A DNA stretch of 64,000 bases from an uncultured cyanobacterium (GTDB taxonomy: Bacteria > Cyanobacteriota > Cyanobacteriia > Cyanobacteriales > Cyanobacteriaceae), in NCBI GenBank assembly GCA_963710605.1, contig CAVQBA010000006.1:256001-320000 (forward strand). The letters run 5' to 3'. Shown here one piece after another: positions 39,891 through 50,760 of this stretch. Each line of letters starts with the position of its first letter. Positions within the stretch are counted from its first letter, which is position 1. The notes beneath the pieces were generated by a model that saw only the letters and a list, made by a program, of their open reading frames with translations, was not told where the DNA came from and did no database searches. Position numbers and translations under genes: made by a program.

Positions 39891-40831
39891 AAGCTTTATT
39901 TATTATTAATTAAATATTATTTTCTTGATGTTGTATTATCTAATTATATTTTTGGAGATCAGCAATAGTTATTCAGAATTAATTTTTAATCAAAGATACA
40001 AAACTTTACTTAGTGGGAAAATAAATAACTACTGAGCGATTAGCGTAAGTTAATATTTTTAAATAAAATGATCAATTTAGTTGGATTAAAAAAATAAATA
40101 TGTTATATAATAAATACATATAAACAAAAACAAAAATATTCTATTGAGCAAGCTTAACTATTGCTATATTAGTTTTGTTGATCTATAACTAATCATTTTA
40201 CCAATCAAAGCGATCGTTTATTTTGGAGCTATATTTTGAGATAATTGTTTAGATTTGTGTTCTAAAATTCTAAATCAATGATTGACCACTGAAACCATTG
40301 TACTTTCAGTGAAAATGACTAGAACGATTCAACATTTGATGACAGTCAAACCAAAAAAATTGACAAAATCTTCCCAAAAAATAAAAAGGTTTGTTAACCT
40401 AGTGGTCAGGGAAGATTTATAACAATCAAGCGAAACAGACTTATGTATTATAAAAAAGATTTGTCTTTGATAAATAGAAAATATCGTTTCTGGATGCCAT
40501 TTTCTGTGAAATTCATTACAATATCTGAAGATTTCATCAAACTCATTTTTATCAAAACTTAAAAATGAATAAATTTTTCTCATCAAGAAAAAGAGTTAAT
40601 GGAATCATAAAACGATCGAGCAGGATAAATTCGATAGTTTTGTCACAAACATTTAGATATGACCTATCATAATTGTTTATTTATAATTCATTAGTCCCCA
40701 ATTATACCAGACTGGAAGACCATGAGGAAAACAGTCAACCGAATTGACTTAAATGTTAGAAAAATTAACTAATATTAGGATTTTGAACAAGACTCTGTAA
40801 TTACCAACAATACAAAAATGGCAACTTAACA

Positions 40832-40861
40832 TTGACAGTTTTCTCGATTACTGACTAATAT
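40832..40861 (+). promoter_or_regulatory. Candidate sigma70-type promoter upstream of sigA
   Basis: TTGACA-N18-TAATAT. Confidence 0.35.
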
Positions 40862-41041
40862 TGGGATCAATAAAAATTAAGCGATAAATGCTTAACAAAA
40901 CGATCGTAAGTCGTTGAGATTGTGCATTGTGTAATTTATGGTAATTAAAAAAACAGAAGACTGTTAATATCATCATCAATATTTTATATTTAACCGTTTA
41001 TCTTCTAAACAAAATTTTATAAGGAGCAAGAGGAAAACCTA

Positions 41042-42217
41042 ATGACGCAGGCACAAGAAATTTTAGCACCTATTTCACCCGCTAACGGATTAGAAGAAAT
41101 GTTGGATATGACTCCAGCGAAATTGAAAAAATCCAAACAATCAAAAAGCAATGAATTAAGCGAAGTGATTGTCGAAGCCGATTCCATTGGTGTTGCTGAT
41201 GTCAACAACAAAAAAACACGCAAAGTTAGTGGTACAAGTCGTCGTCGCACACAAACTAAAAAGAAACCTTTTACTGAAGACTCAATTCGTATTTATCTCC
41301 AAGAAATTGGTAGAATTCGTTTACTTCGGGCAGAAGAAGAGATTGAATTAGCCAGACAGATTGCTGATTTGTTAGATATGGAATCAATTCACTTAACATT
41401 AAGTGAACATTTAGGGCGAACACCAAAACACGAAGAATGGGCTCAAGCTTGCGATTTACCTAATCTACGAAGTTTTAATCGACGTTTACATATCGGTAGA
41501 AGGGCAAAAGACAAAATGGTACAATCTAACCTGCGTTTAGTTGTTTCCATCGCCAAAAAATACATGAATCGAGGTTTATCGTTTCAAGATTTGATTCAAG
41601 AAGGAAGTTTAGGTTTGATTCGGGCGGCAGAAAAATTTGATCATGAGAAAGGTTACAAATTTTCCACTTACGCTACATGGTGGATTCGTCAAGCTATAAC
41701 TCGTGCCATAGCAGATCAATCTCGAACAATTCGACTCCCAGTGCATCTTTATGAAACTATCTCTCGCATCAAAAAGACGACTAAGATGCTATCTCAAAAA
41801 ATGGGTAGAAAGCCAACTGAAGAAGAAATAGCAGAAGATATGGAAATGACCATTGAAAAACTTCGTTTCATTGCTAAATCTGCACAGCTACCTATTTCTT
41901 TAGAAACACCTATTGGTAAAGAAGAAGATTCTCGTTTAGGTGATTTTATTGAAGCTGATGGCGAAACACCAGAAGATGAAGTTTCTAAAAATCTGTTAAG
42001 AGAAGATTTAGAAAATGTACTGGATTCATTAAGCCCACGAGAGCGTGATGTTTTAAGATTACGTTATGGTTTGGATGATGGACGAATGAAAACTTTAGAA
42101 GAAATCGGACAAATATTCAATGTCACTCGTGAGCGTATTAGACAAATAGAAGCTAAAGCTTTACGTAAACTGCGTCATCCTAATCGTAATAGCATCCTCA
42201 AAGAATACATCCGATAA
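41042..42217 (+). CDS. sigA: Principal RNA polymerase sigma factor SigA/RpoD
   Basis: [62 protein letters not shown]. Confidence 0.97.
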   Translation: MTQAQEILAPISPANGLEEMLDMTPAKLKKSKQSKSNELSEVIVEADSIGVADVNNKKTRKVSGTSRRRTQTKKKPFTEDSIRIYLQEIGRIRLLRAEEEIELARQIADLLDMESIHLTLSEHLGRTPKHEEWAQACDLPNLRSFNRRLHIGRRAKDKMVQSNLRLVVSIAKKYMNRGLSFQDLIQEGSLGLIRAAEKFDHEKGYKFSTYATWWIRQAITRAIADQSRTIRLPVHLYETISRIKKTTKMLSQKMGRKPTEEEIAEDMEMTIEKLRFIAKSAQLPISLETPIGKEEDSRLGDFIEADGETPEDEVSKNLLREDLENVLDSLSPRERDVLRLRYGLDDGRMKTLEEIGQIFNVTRERIRQIEAKALRKLRHPNRNSILKEYIR

Positions 42218-42219
42218 AT

Positions 42220-42251
42220 AATTGACAATTGACAATTGACAATTGACAATT
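42220..42251. repeat. STRR-like (AATTGAC)n repeat
   Basis: Four tandem heptamers after the sigA stop. Confidence 0.85.
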
Positions 42252-42326
42252 AAGTAAGAGGCAAAAAGCAATAAATAAGAAGTTTTAATTGCTAATTGCT
42301 AATCGCTAATTGTTAATTGTTTTTTT

Positions 42327-43115
42327 ATGCTTAGTAGTTTACAAAATCCTTTGATTAAACAAATACGTAAGTTGCATCGTCGTCAGGAAAGACATCAGCA
42401 AAATTTACATTTGTTAGAAGGGAGTAATCTCGTTATAGCGGCGATCGAAGTCGGTTATCCTTTAGTTAATGTCTTGGCAACGTCTTTATGGGTGCAAAAA
42501 AATTCTGCTTATTGGCAACAATTACAAAATTTAGCCCAAAAAACTGAAGTTGTTACACCCGAATTGATGCAGAAATTAGCCACAACAGTTAATCCTGATG
42601 GTGTTGTTGCTACTGCCCATCGTCAAGAGGCTGACAAATCGCCACCAACTAATTTGCGATGTGGATTAGTTTTAGAAACAATTCAAGATCCCGGTAATTT
42701 AGGTACAATTATTCGCACTAGTGTAGCGACTAATGTCGATTTTATCTGGTTAAGTGAAGATAGCGTTGATTTAGATCATCCCAAAGTAATGCGTGCTTCT
42801 GTCGGTGAGTGGTTTAAAATAAAGGCTCAAAGAGAAAAAGAGCTTTTAGCTTTAGTGCAAAAATATCATCACGAAGGTGTACAAATTGTCGCCACTTCTT
42901 TGACAGCACAAAAGACTCATTGGCAAATTGATTTTCGTCAACCAACTCTTATTTTGTTAGGAAATGAAGCACAAGGATTATCGCCTCAATTAGCCAGTTT
43001 GGCGACTGAGAATGTCAAAATTCCTTTAGCTAATGATGTTGAATCTCTTAATGTTGCGATCGCTACTGCATTTATTTTAGCTGAATATCAAAGACAATTA
43101 ACGATCGAGCATTAA
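42327..43115 (+). CDS. TrmH/SpoU family RNA methyltransferase
   Basis: IQDPGNLGTIIRT, GNEAQG, ESLNVA. Confidence 0.92.
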   Translation: MLSSLQNPLIKQIRKLHRRQERHQQNLHLLEGSNLVIAAIEVGYPLVNVLATSLWVQKNSAYWQQLQNLAQKTEVVTPELMQKLATTVNPDGVVATAHRQEADKSPPTNLRCGLVLETIQDPGNLGTIIRTSVATNVDFIWLSEDSVDLDHPKVMRASVGEWFKIKAQREKELLALVQKYHHEGVQIVATSLTAQKTHWQIDFRQPTLILLGNEAQGLSPQLASLATENVKIPLANDVESLNVAIATAFILAEYQRQLTIEH

Positions 43116-43169
43116 TGTTATTGCAGAGTAGAAAATAAGTTATCGGCAATTAATTTTGCAAAAACTTGA

Positions 43170-44030
43170 TTAAACATCAGTAATTATTCCCGTAACCACG
43201 ATCGAACTACGTTTTCTTTCTTTAGCTGTTTTTATATTCTGTTCGGCTTGTTTGAGTAACTGATGACTATCTATTGTATAGGCAGAATCGGCGATCGCAC
43301 CACCAACAAATACTTTAAGAGGCAAAGTTGTACCGTCGGCTTTTTGTAAAGGAGATTCTGTCAGCTTTTCGATGAGATATTCACCATGCTCGGTGGCTTC
43401 TTGACCAATTAATCCTAAAGTAAGATAGATAAATATATTATTGTTGGTGACTCCGATGAAGCTATCAGCCGAAGCAACACTACTTAATCGATTAGAAATG
43501 GCTCGATAAATAGCATTTTCTTGCTTTTCTAAAGTATTACTTTGATCAGATTGGGCTGGTTCGATCGATAATAAAAATACGCAGAGGGAATTGTAACGGC
43601 TATTACTCGATTGATTACTTACTTGCTGTAGTAAATAATTCGTTAAAATAACCGCTGAATCTTCTTTGAGTAAGCCTGTAACTGAATCATTTAAGCCAAA
43701 AGCTTGTACCAATTCTTCGTTTTTTTGCTCGTATATCTTACTTTGTTGTTTTTGTTGAGAAATATCTGTATCGCTTGATTGTAATTCAGATTCTAAAGCC
43801 TGAATTCTCTGACGTTGTTTAATTGTTTGCAATCCTCTTTTGATAATAGTCGGAATTGAAAGTAATAAACTGATAATAATTCCTAAGCCCAAAGTAATTA
43901 AAAGAATAATTGCTAAAGATTGTTGAAATTGCCATACACCAAGACTAATGACTACTACAGTCGAATTCTGAAACGCAAATAGAATTGCGACTATGGCGAC
44001 AATTAATCCACTAATGATGAGAATAGTCAT
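43170..44030 (-). CDS. LapA-domain membrane protein with degenerate GGDEF-like C-terminal domain
   Basis: FAFQN..VV.I.L..W (LapA-like), coiled coil, DSVTGLL and LL.QA...I..AK ending; no GGDEF signature. Confidence 0.65.
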   Translation of the reverse strand: MTILIISGLIVAIVAILFAFQNSTVVVISLGVWQFQQSLAIILLITLGLGIIISLLLSIPTIIKRGLQTIKQRQRIQALESELQSSDTDISQQKQQSKIYEQKNEELVQAFGLNDSVTGLLKEDSAVILTNYLLQQVSNQSSNSRYNSLCVFLLSIEPAQSDQSNTLEKQENAIYRAISNRLSSVASADSFIGVTNNNIFIYLTLGLIGQEATEHGEYLIEKLTESPLQKADGTTLPLKVFVGGAIADSAYTIDSHQLLKQAEQNIKTAKERKRSSIVVTGIITDV

Positions 44031-44124
44031 ACAATTTTTTAACTTTCAACTATATCGTTGATTTATATTTTCTACCTATGATTATATCAAGATCACGATT
44101 TTAATAAATAGAAGATTAATTAAA

Positions 44125-44228
44125 TATGGCAGAAAACAAGATGGTTAGGACGTTATAAATCCCCACGGGTCCCCTTATAAAGGGGGAAATACAATTAAAG
44201 TGTCCTAACTCACCCGTTACTTGCTATA
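44125..44228. mobile_element. MITE-like element containing a REP hairpin
   Basis: TATGGCA...GTTAGGAC / GTCCTAAC...TGCTATA inverted ends; internal CCCCTTATAAAGGGG. Confidence 0.6.
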
Positions 44229-44435
44229 GTATTGAAGTTATCTTCTGACTAACTTTTCTTTTAGACATCAAAATATAGTTTGTTGATTAAAAAGTAGTTA
44301 TCGATTAAATTTGTGACAAAGTATTCGATCGTTAAATATTGCTAAGAATTGTAAAATTTGAGTTGAAAATGAGTATAAGCTGATCAAACTTCAAAAATAA
44401 ATGTTAATAATTTTGTTACTGTTTTGGTAAATTAC

Positions 44436-45335
44436 CTATCGATCGATTTTAATTTTATATAAATCCATAATATTGAGATTAAAATTAACTTTTAGAAAAC
44501 GATTTATTTTCAATAGTTCGATCGTAAATCCTTGAACATCGTAATTTTTTTCTTGTAATTTTTTGACTAATTGATAACTTTTATTGTCAGTTAACATTTG
44601 CTCTTCAAGTTTTCTTTCTTCTTCTGATAAAGTTTCTAAAGCTAATAAAAGTAAAGTTCCTTCTCTGATACTTTGGATTTGTATAGGAGTCAAAGTTAGG
44701 TTTTGTAAAATACTTTTTTTGAGAGTAGTTTTCTGATTATTAGTTTTACTTGAACTATTCTTAGTTTGATTCTTATTTTTAGTTTTTTCTACTCCTTTTT
44801 GATTAGATTTATTGATAGTATTGAGAAAGTTAGTGGGATTGGCTATAAATTTTTTATGGACAATCGCAATTCTTGTGGCATCTCCTGCGGCAGTATGTAG
44901 TTTAATCTTTCCTACATCAACTCCTTTAAGATTTTTAACTTCTTGAGCTAACAAATTATTGAGTTGAAACAACTTATTAATAACTTCCAGTGAAAGACGA
45001 TTACCATCAGATAAGTTAGCGATATTTTCTTGTAAATCTTCTATCTTTAATTTAATCAAATCAACTTTAGCTTCTTCAAGTATTTTCAAATCTTGACGAC
45101 TATCCCAAAAAACAAAAGTATCGAAATTATATTTTTCGAGCATTTGCTTAATAATTTGTTTTAATTCTCGCAAGACAACATCTAGTTGTTGATGATAATC
45201 AAATTGATAATGGTTAAAGTTTAATTTTTTCTTGTTACTAAACCAAGCACAAGCAATTTCTGTTGGTTGTTTATGTCTTTTTAGATCAATTACTTTGTCT
45301 TTAAATTCTAAATCTATATAAGCAATTTTACTCAT
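44436..45335 (-). CDS. Putative DEDDh 3'-5' exonuclease domain protein with Lys-rich C-terminal extension
   Basis: YIDLEF (ExoI), W...QD (ExoII), LHTAAGDA (ExoIII). Confidence 0.65.
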   Translation of the reverse strand: MSKIAYIDLEFKDKVIDLKRHKQPTEIACAWFSNKKKLNFNHYQFDYHQQLDVVLRELKQIIKQMLEKYNFDTFVFWDSRQDLKILEEAKVDLIKLKIEDLQENIANLSDGNRLSLEVINKLFQLNNLLAQEVKNLKGVDVGKIKLHTAAGDATRIAIVHKKFIANPTNFLNTINKSNQKGVEKTKNKNQTKNSSSKTNNQKTTLKKSILQNLTLTPIQIQSIREGTLLLLALETLSEEERKLEEQMLTDNKSYQLVKKLQEKNYDVQGFTIELLKINRFLKVNFNLNIMDLYKIKIDR

Positions 45336-45544
45336 TGTTTTTTGGTTAGTAATTCTTGAAAAAAAGGATCATCAATAAAAAATCATTAATTTAACCTGTG
45401 AATAATCATCTAATCACATTAATCTTAAGTTATTAATTGTTAATGAATATACTCTATTTTCTTGTAAGTTAGATAACATAATAATCAAGAAAGACTAACT
45501 CGATCGAGTTGGTTTAATTATTAGTACAATCATATTAAAAATAG

Positions 45545-46000
45545 ATGACCAGTATATTAAGTGAAGCAGGTATTACTGCTGATGACTATTGTCTTTTCGG
45601 ATTAGCCACTTGTTTTGTCAGAGAAGAAGGAGAAACCAAACAAATAGAAGTTATCGAACCCATCCCCTCAGCGGCAATAGAAGCACTATTAAAAGGAATT
45701 CCGACTTCTTACAAATTAGCCGTCGCTAAAAACGTAGGTGATATTATCAATGAGGATAAGTTACAAAAACCTAGTGAATTTCCTAGTGATAGTCAATTTG
45801 GTGAAAACTTTATTGAAAGAACTTTTGCGGCTACTCGTACCTACAAAAGTAAGCCCTCCGCTCAAAAATATATAGCTTTAGGTAGCTCTAAAACAGATTT
45901 AAACTACTCTATGGAAAGAAAAAGAATTTTGAATAATGCTAAGGCTGTATCTGATGATGATAATGTCAAACAACACCCTCATACTCATAATAAAGTTTAA
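45545..46000 (+). CDS. Conserved cyanobacterial hypothetical protein
   Basis: DDY...GLATCF, EPIPSA, AATRTY, RILN....DNVKQH.HTH. Confidence 0.8.
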   Translation: MTSILSEAGITADDYCLFGLATCFVREEGETKQIEVIEPIPSAAIEALLKGIPTSYKLAVAKNVGDIINEDKLQKPSEFPSDSQFGENFIERTFAATRTYKSKPSAQKYIALGSSKTDLNYSMERKRILNNAKAVSDDDNVKQHPHTHNKV

Positions 46001-46286
46001 GACAGTCTAATTGATAACGCCTAATGTGACGAAAATTATTGTGTTTGAATGTAATCGGTTTTAAGCTCTTCTAAGCTAGTTAAAAAAGGTTTTCAAGAGC
46101 TTTTTAGATAAATTATTTAATCATTACTTTAGTATAATAATCACAGCAAAATTGAAAGAAAAGCGATCGTGCTTGATTTTAGATAGCTCGATTGTAGTTA
46201 GTAAATAAATCAAATACTTTTCACATTAGACGTAATCAAATAATTTAAAAAAGTCGCTACACAGCAGAATATATAACCAATCAAAT

Positions 46287-46761
46287 ATGCTCAAACTATA
46301 CGGTGCTAGTCAAAGTCGTGCTTCAATCATTAAATGGTATCTAGAAGAAATAAACGTAAAATACGAATTTATTTCAGTCGATTTATCAGCAGGTGAACAT
46401 TTACAACCACCTTTTTTGAAATTGAATCCGATGGGTAAAGTTCCTGTTATTGTCGATGAAGAAGTTACCTTATTCGAGTCAGGAGCGATTTTACTTTATT
46501 TAGCTGAAAAATATGGGCAAGAAATTACCTCTTTAGCTCAAAGAAGTATTATTAACCAATGGATTTCATTTGCTAATTCAACTTTGTTTGTTGGTTTATT
46601 TATTGAAAAGATTAGAGAAAAAGAGATGCCCAGACTATTATCATCAATGGATAATATTTTAGCAAATAATTCTTTTATATTCGGTGAGCAATTTACAGTG
46701 GCTGATGTAGCTGTAGGTTCGATGTTAGCCTATACTCAAATCCTTTTAAAGTTAGATTTAA
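46287..46761 (+). pseudogene. Glutathione S-transferase, 5' part, interrupted by an IS element
   Basis: SRA.II.WYLEE, NPMGKVP, FESGAILLYL, FTVADVA. Confidence 0.9.
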
Positions 46762-46899
46762 CGAGACGGGGAGTTTGAGGGGCAATAAATCCTCGCTCCT
46801 TTAGGACGGGGATACATGGACACCTCAAGTAAAATTGAAGCCCTCAACGAGCGATAAATTTTACAATCTATGTTATAATTTTATCGTAAACTTGAGTAC

Positions 46900-48108
46900 G
46901 TGATAATGCTAAAAGTCGTCAAAGTAAGATTGTATCCCACACAGCCACAGAAAACGCAGTTATCAAAGGCGTTTGGTTGTACTCGTTGGCTACATAACCG
47001 ATTCTTGGCTTTGACAAATGAGACTTATAAAAGCACTGGTAAAGGGTTATCTCGCTATGATCTACAAAAACAGTTGCCAGAACTCAAAAAAGAACATGAG
47101 TGGCTAGGCGAAACTTACTCTCAATGTTTACAAGTAGTATGTCTAAATCTATCTCGTGCTTTCATCAACTTCTTTGAAAAACGATCGCCTTCAGGCGCCG
47201 AGCCTTCAGCTCGATCGGCTTTTCCTCGATTCAAGTCTAAACATGGCAAGCAATCATTGTCTTATCCTCAAAATGTAAAAGTGCTTGACAATTGTCTCAA
47301 GTTTCCTAAACTTGGTGAGGTCTATGCTAAAGTACATCGACCCATTGAAGGCAAGGTAAAAACGGTTACTATCAGTTTGAATAAAGCTGGTCAATACTAC
47401 GCTTCAGTTTTATTCGAGGATAGTAAAGAAAAGCCTAAGCAATCAACTGACGGAAAAGCGATTGGTATTGATATGGGATTGACTCATTTTTGCATTACCT
47501 CAGATGGTTCTAAATATGATAATCCTCGTTGGTTAGAAAAGCATGAGCGTAACCTAATACTGAAACAAAAAGCATTGTCACGCAAACAAAAGGATAGCAA
47601 TAACCGCAACAAAACAAGGGTTAAAGTTGCCAAAGTACACAATAAAATATCTCGTTGTCGAGAGGATTTTCAGCACAAGCTATCACGCAAGATAGTCAAC
47701 GAAAACCAAGTTATTGTAGTTGAAAATCTCAATATCAAAGGTATGGTCAAAAATCATTGTCTAGCTAAATCTATCTCTCAAGTAGGTTGGGGTAGTTTTA
47801 TGACAATGCTGAAATATAAAGCAGAAGATGAAGGTAAAGTATATCTAGAAATAGATCGCTTTTTCCCTAGTTCTAAAACCTGCTCTAACTGTTTGAATAT
47901 AGTTGACAGTTTACCCCTTGATATTCGTCACTGGACTTGTAATAGTTGTGGAACAAAGCATGATCGAGACATAAACGCCTCTATCAATATAAGAGATGAA
48001 GGTATGCGAATTATTTCCTCTGGAACGGGGGATAAAGCTTATTGTCCAGATGTAAGACGTAGTAGAGGCGGACGAAAGAAAACTACTACTACGCTATCTG
48101 TTGGATAA
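46900..48108 (+). CDS. tnpB: RNA-guided endonuclease TnpB
   Basis: RLYP...Q...L...FGC.R, GIDMG, VVENL, SSKTCSNC...W.C..C...HDRDINA; RuvC D-E-D intact. Confidence 0.95.
   Translation: MIMLKVVKVRLYPTQPQKTQLSKAFGCTRWLHNRFLALTNETYKSTGKGLSRYDLQKQLPELKKEHEWLGETYSQCLQVVCLNLSRAFINFFEKRSPSGAEPSARSAFPRFKSKHGKQSLSYPQNVKVLDNCLKFPKLGEVYAKVHRPIEGKVKTVTISLNKAGQYYASVLFEDSKEKPKQSTDGKAIGIDMGLTHFCITSDGSKYDNPRWLEKHERNLILKQKALSRKQKDSNNRNKTRVKVAKVHNKISRCREDFQHKLSRKIVNENQVIVVENLNIKGMVKNHCLAKSISQVGWGSFMTMLKYKAEDEGKVYLEIDRFFPSSKTCSNCLNIVDSLPLDIRHWTCNSCGTKHDRDINASINIRDEGMRIISSGTGDKAYCPDVRRSRGGRKKTTTTLSVG
47182..47217. mobile_element. 30-bp in-frame double-hairpin insertion flanked by duplicated CGATCG
   Basis: CGATCG-CCTTCAGGCGCCGAGCCTTCAGCT-CGATCG. 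Confidence 0.75.
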
Positions 48109-48141
48109 GAAGCCTCACGCCTTTAGGCTGAGGTAGTTCAC

Positions 48142-48221
48142 GCTCTTATCCTCATATTAGCCAGTATCTAGAGAAAATTACTCAACGCCCTGCTTTTAAA
48201 AATACGATCGGTAAAAGATAA
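48142..48221 (+). pseudogene. Glutathione S-transferase, 3' part
   Basis: SYPHISQYLEKITQRPAFKNTIGKR*, a typical GST C-terminus. Confidence 0.9.
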
Positions 48222-48537
48222 ATAGACAATTTTGAGTAGAATCAACTATAGTAAGGCGAGTGTTAATGTTTAATTGAGCATCTTTTTTCGATTTTACTCC
48301 TTTTGCGACTCATAGTGATTTAATTGTTTTTGCCCATTAAAATCAAAAATTATTTGTAGATGATTTGTTTGAGTAACTAAATTCGAGCGATTACCAAAGA
48401 AATAGTTTACACTAGGATGTCAGAGAAAAAAGAAACAAAAATTGTCTCTATCTGTCATTAAGTAATAATATGTTTATTAAAATTATTTCCCGTATTTAAA
48501 TATATGCTGAATCGGGATTATCATCAGGAGTAATAAT

Positions 48538-50553
48538 ATGGTCAAATTTTATGCTTTTATTCTTAGCTGTTTAAGCATTGTGTCTTTAGCTACACCCGCT
48601 CAAGCAGGAAGACTATTATTTTGGCGATTTGATGATAATCAAAATCGTCTTACTTTTACAACAGATCAAGGTGTACAACCTACGGCTCAACTAATAGCTA
48701 ATCCAACTAGATTAGTGATCGATTTACCAGGTACAGTCTTGGGGAGACCGACAATTAATGAAAGCTATCGTGGCGTAATTACTAGCTTAAGAATTGGTCA
48801 ATTTAATAGTAATACAACTAGAGTTGTCGTTGAATTAGCTCAAGGATATGTCTTAGATCCACAACAAATTAAAGTCAAAGGCATTTCACCTACTCAATGG
48901 GCAGTTGATCTACCTAACCCTCAAAGAGGTAATTTTCCTTCTTCTCAAAATAATTCTTCTAATAATACCTCTAATCAAACTGTTACTCGCCCCGTTAATC
49001 CACCAACGAACAATCAGACAACTACAACTAATAATACGAGTAATTCATCTACTAGTAGTGGTGATGATGGCTTACTGATTACATCAAGTGGCTTAGTTGT
49101 TAATCTTAATGGCAGTTATCAAAATGGTATTGAAATAGAACGTAGTCAAGATCGCCGTGAAATAACGATCGAAATTGATCAACTCAAAGTTCCAACTAAT
49201 TTAATTAGATCTTGGCAGGTTAATCAATATGGTGTAAGCGAAGTTAACGTTACTCAGACCAATGAGAATAAGGCTACTGTGACGATGAAAGTCGATCGTG
49301 ATAGCCCAGAATGGCAAGCTACATTTATGCGAACAGGAGGGCTTTTGATTTGGCCTCAAGGAGGAGTTAGCAGAGTCAAAAATTTATCTTCTCCTCAAGT
49401 CATTAGTAATAACAACAACAATAACAATAACAACAGTAAATCTATTTCGGTTATTTCTCCTTCGACTAATTCTAACAATAATGTTATTGAAGTAAGTCAA
49501 AGACCAACAACTACTAATACTACTAACAATAATCAAACTGCTATTCTTGATTATCTACAAATTAGCTACAACCAATTATTGATTAAGAGTAATGTCTCTA
49601 TTCAAGCAAAAGCTAACTGGATTAATGGAAATAAAGTTTATCAAATTCGTTTAGAAAATACTAAGCTATCACCTGTATTTCAAGATCCAACTCTGCCTAA
49701 AGATAGTCCGATCGCTCGATTACGGATTTTAGAACCGAATGATAAAACAGTAATCCTCGAAATTGAACCAGCAAACGATACTCAAATTCAGCGTTTAAAC
49801 CAATTACGTAATAATCTTTGGACTTTAGCCTTAAATAAAGATCGTAATTTTGCTCGTCAAATACCAATTAACACAAGAGTTCCTATTAATCAAGGTTCAT
49901 TAACAATTGATCCATTTAATAACACTCCTACTCGTAACAACACTAATCCTAACTCTATTGCCGTTACACCAAGTCGTCCAACTACGATTAATCCTTCAGC
50001 CGTAAAATCGAAAGCTGTAGTATTTATCGATCCCGGTCATGGTGGAAAAGATCCAGGTGCGATCGGTATAGGTGGAATACAAGAAAAAAGAATTGTTATG
50101 GCAATTTCTCAAAAAGTCGCCCAAATTCTTGAGCAACAAGGAATACAAGTACGTATGACTCGTGATAGCGACTATTTTGTCAGTTTAGCAGGACGGACTA
50201 ATATGGCAAATAAAGCCAATGCTGATTTGTTTGTTAGTATTCATGCTAACTCAGCAGGAAGCAATAAACCTCAAGTAAGTGGCTACGAAACTTATTACTT
50301 TCAAACTGGTAAAGGTTTAGCTGATGTAATTCATCGTAATGTCTTAAGACGAGTTGACGTAAGAGATCGTAAAGTTAGACAAGCTCGTTTTTATGTTTTA
50401 CGTAAATCAAGTATGCCTTCTGTGTTGGTGGAAACAGGTTTTCTTACTGGTACTGAGGATGCGGCTAAATTAACGAATCCTACCTATCAAACACAAATGG
50501 CACAAGCGATCGCCTCAGGAATTATTGAGTATATTCAAGCTAATCGTCTTTAA
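48538..50553 (+). CDS. amiC: N-acetylmuramoyl-L-alanine amidase with AMIN domains
   Basis: Signal peptide, NPTRLVIDLPG, Asn/Thr-rich linkers, IDPGHGG.DPGA, SIHAN, LVETGF. Confidence 0.92.
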   Translation: MVKFYAFILSCLSIVSLATPAQAGRLLFWRFDDNQNRLTFTTDQGVQPTAQLIANPTRLVIDLPGTVLGRPTINESYRGVITSLRIGQFNSNTTRVVVELAQGYVLDPQQIKVKGISPTQWAVDLPNPQRGNFPSSQNNSSNNTSNQTVTRPVNPPTNNQTTTTNNTSNSSTSSGDDGLLITSSGLVVNLNGSYQNGIEIERSQDRREITIEIDQLKVPTNLIRSWQVNQYGVSEVNVTQTNENKATVTMKVDRDSPEWQATFMRTGGLLIWPQGGVSRVKNLSSPQVISNNNNNNNNNSKSISVISPSTNSNNNVIEVSQRPTTTNTTNNNQTAILDYLQISYNQLLIKSNVSIQAKANWINGNKVYQIRLENTKLSPVFQDPTLPKDSPIARLRILEPNDKTVILEIEPANDTQIQRLNQLRNNLWTLALNKDRNFARQIPINTRVPINQGSLTIDPFNNTPTRNNTNPNSIAVTPSRPTTINPSAVKSKAVVFIDPGHGGKDPGAIGIGGIQEKRIVMAISQKVAQILEQQGIQVRMTRDSDYFVSLAGRTNMANKANADLFVSIHANSAGSNKPQVSGYETYYFQTGKGLADVIHRNVLRRVDVRDRKVRQARFYVLRKSSMPSVLVETGFLTGTEDAAKLTNPTYQTQMAQAIASGIIEYIQANRL

Positions 50554-50689
50554 TTTTGAATCAATTAATAGTTTACATACTTGGGTATTGAGAATTAGTT
50601 AACTTCTATTTAATTAATTATGGTAGCTATTTTCTCATGTGGTGTACGAACTAAAAACAAAATTATAAATAGCTTTACCTAAATAAAAA

Positions 50690-50760
50690 ATAGTTTGTAG
50701 TTACCCCTGATGGTGTCTAAAAAGCGATTAAGATAAGGGCAATAGCCCTAACTACGAACT
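50690..50760. repeat. REP-like inverted repeat
   Basis: GTTTGTAGTTA...AGGGCAATAGCCCT-AACTACGAAC. Confidence 0.5.

Larger units (their letters stand above)
46762..48141 (+). mobile_element. Non-autonomous IS200/IS605-family (IS1341-type) element, 1380 bp
   Basis: Inserted after TTTAA, ends in TTCAC, no target duplication; subterminal hairpins with CTTT(T)AGG cores at both ends; removal restores the GST frame. Confidence 0.92.

Noticed and set aside
46762-48141. IStron (group I intron-IS hybrid) that splices out of the GST mRNA
   Set aside because: The non-coding left end is only about 140 bp and shows no group I intron core.
48940-49535. Asn/Thr/Ser-rich low-complexity tracts in amiC as a novel repeat system
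   Set aside because: They are ordinary flexible linkers between AMIN domains.
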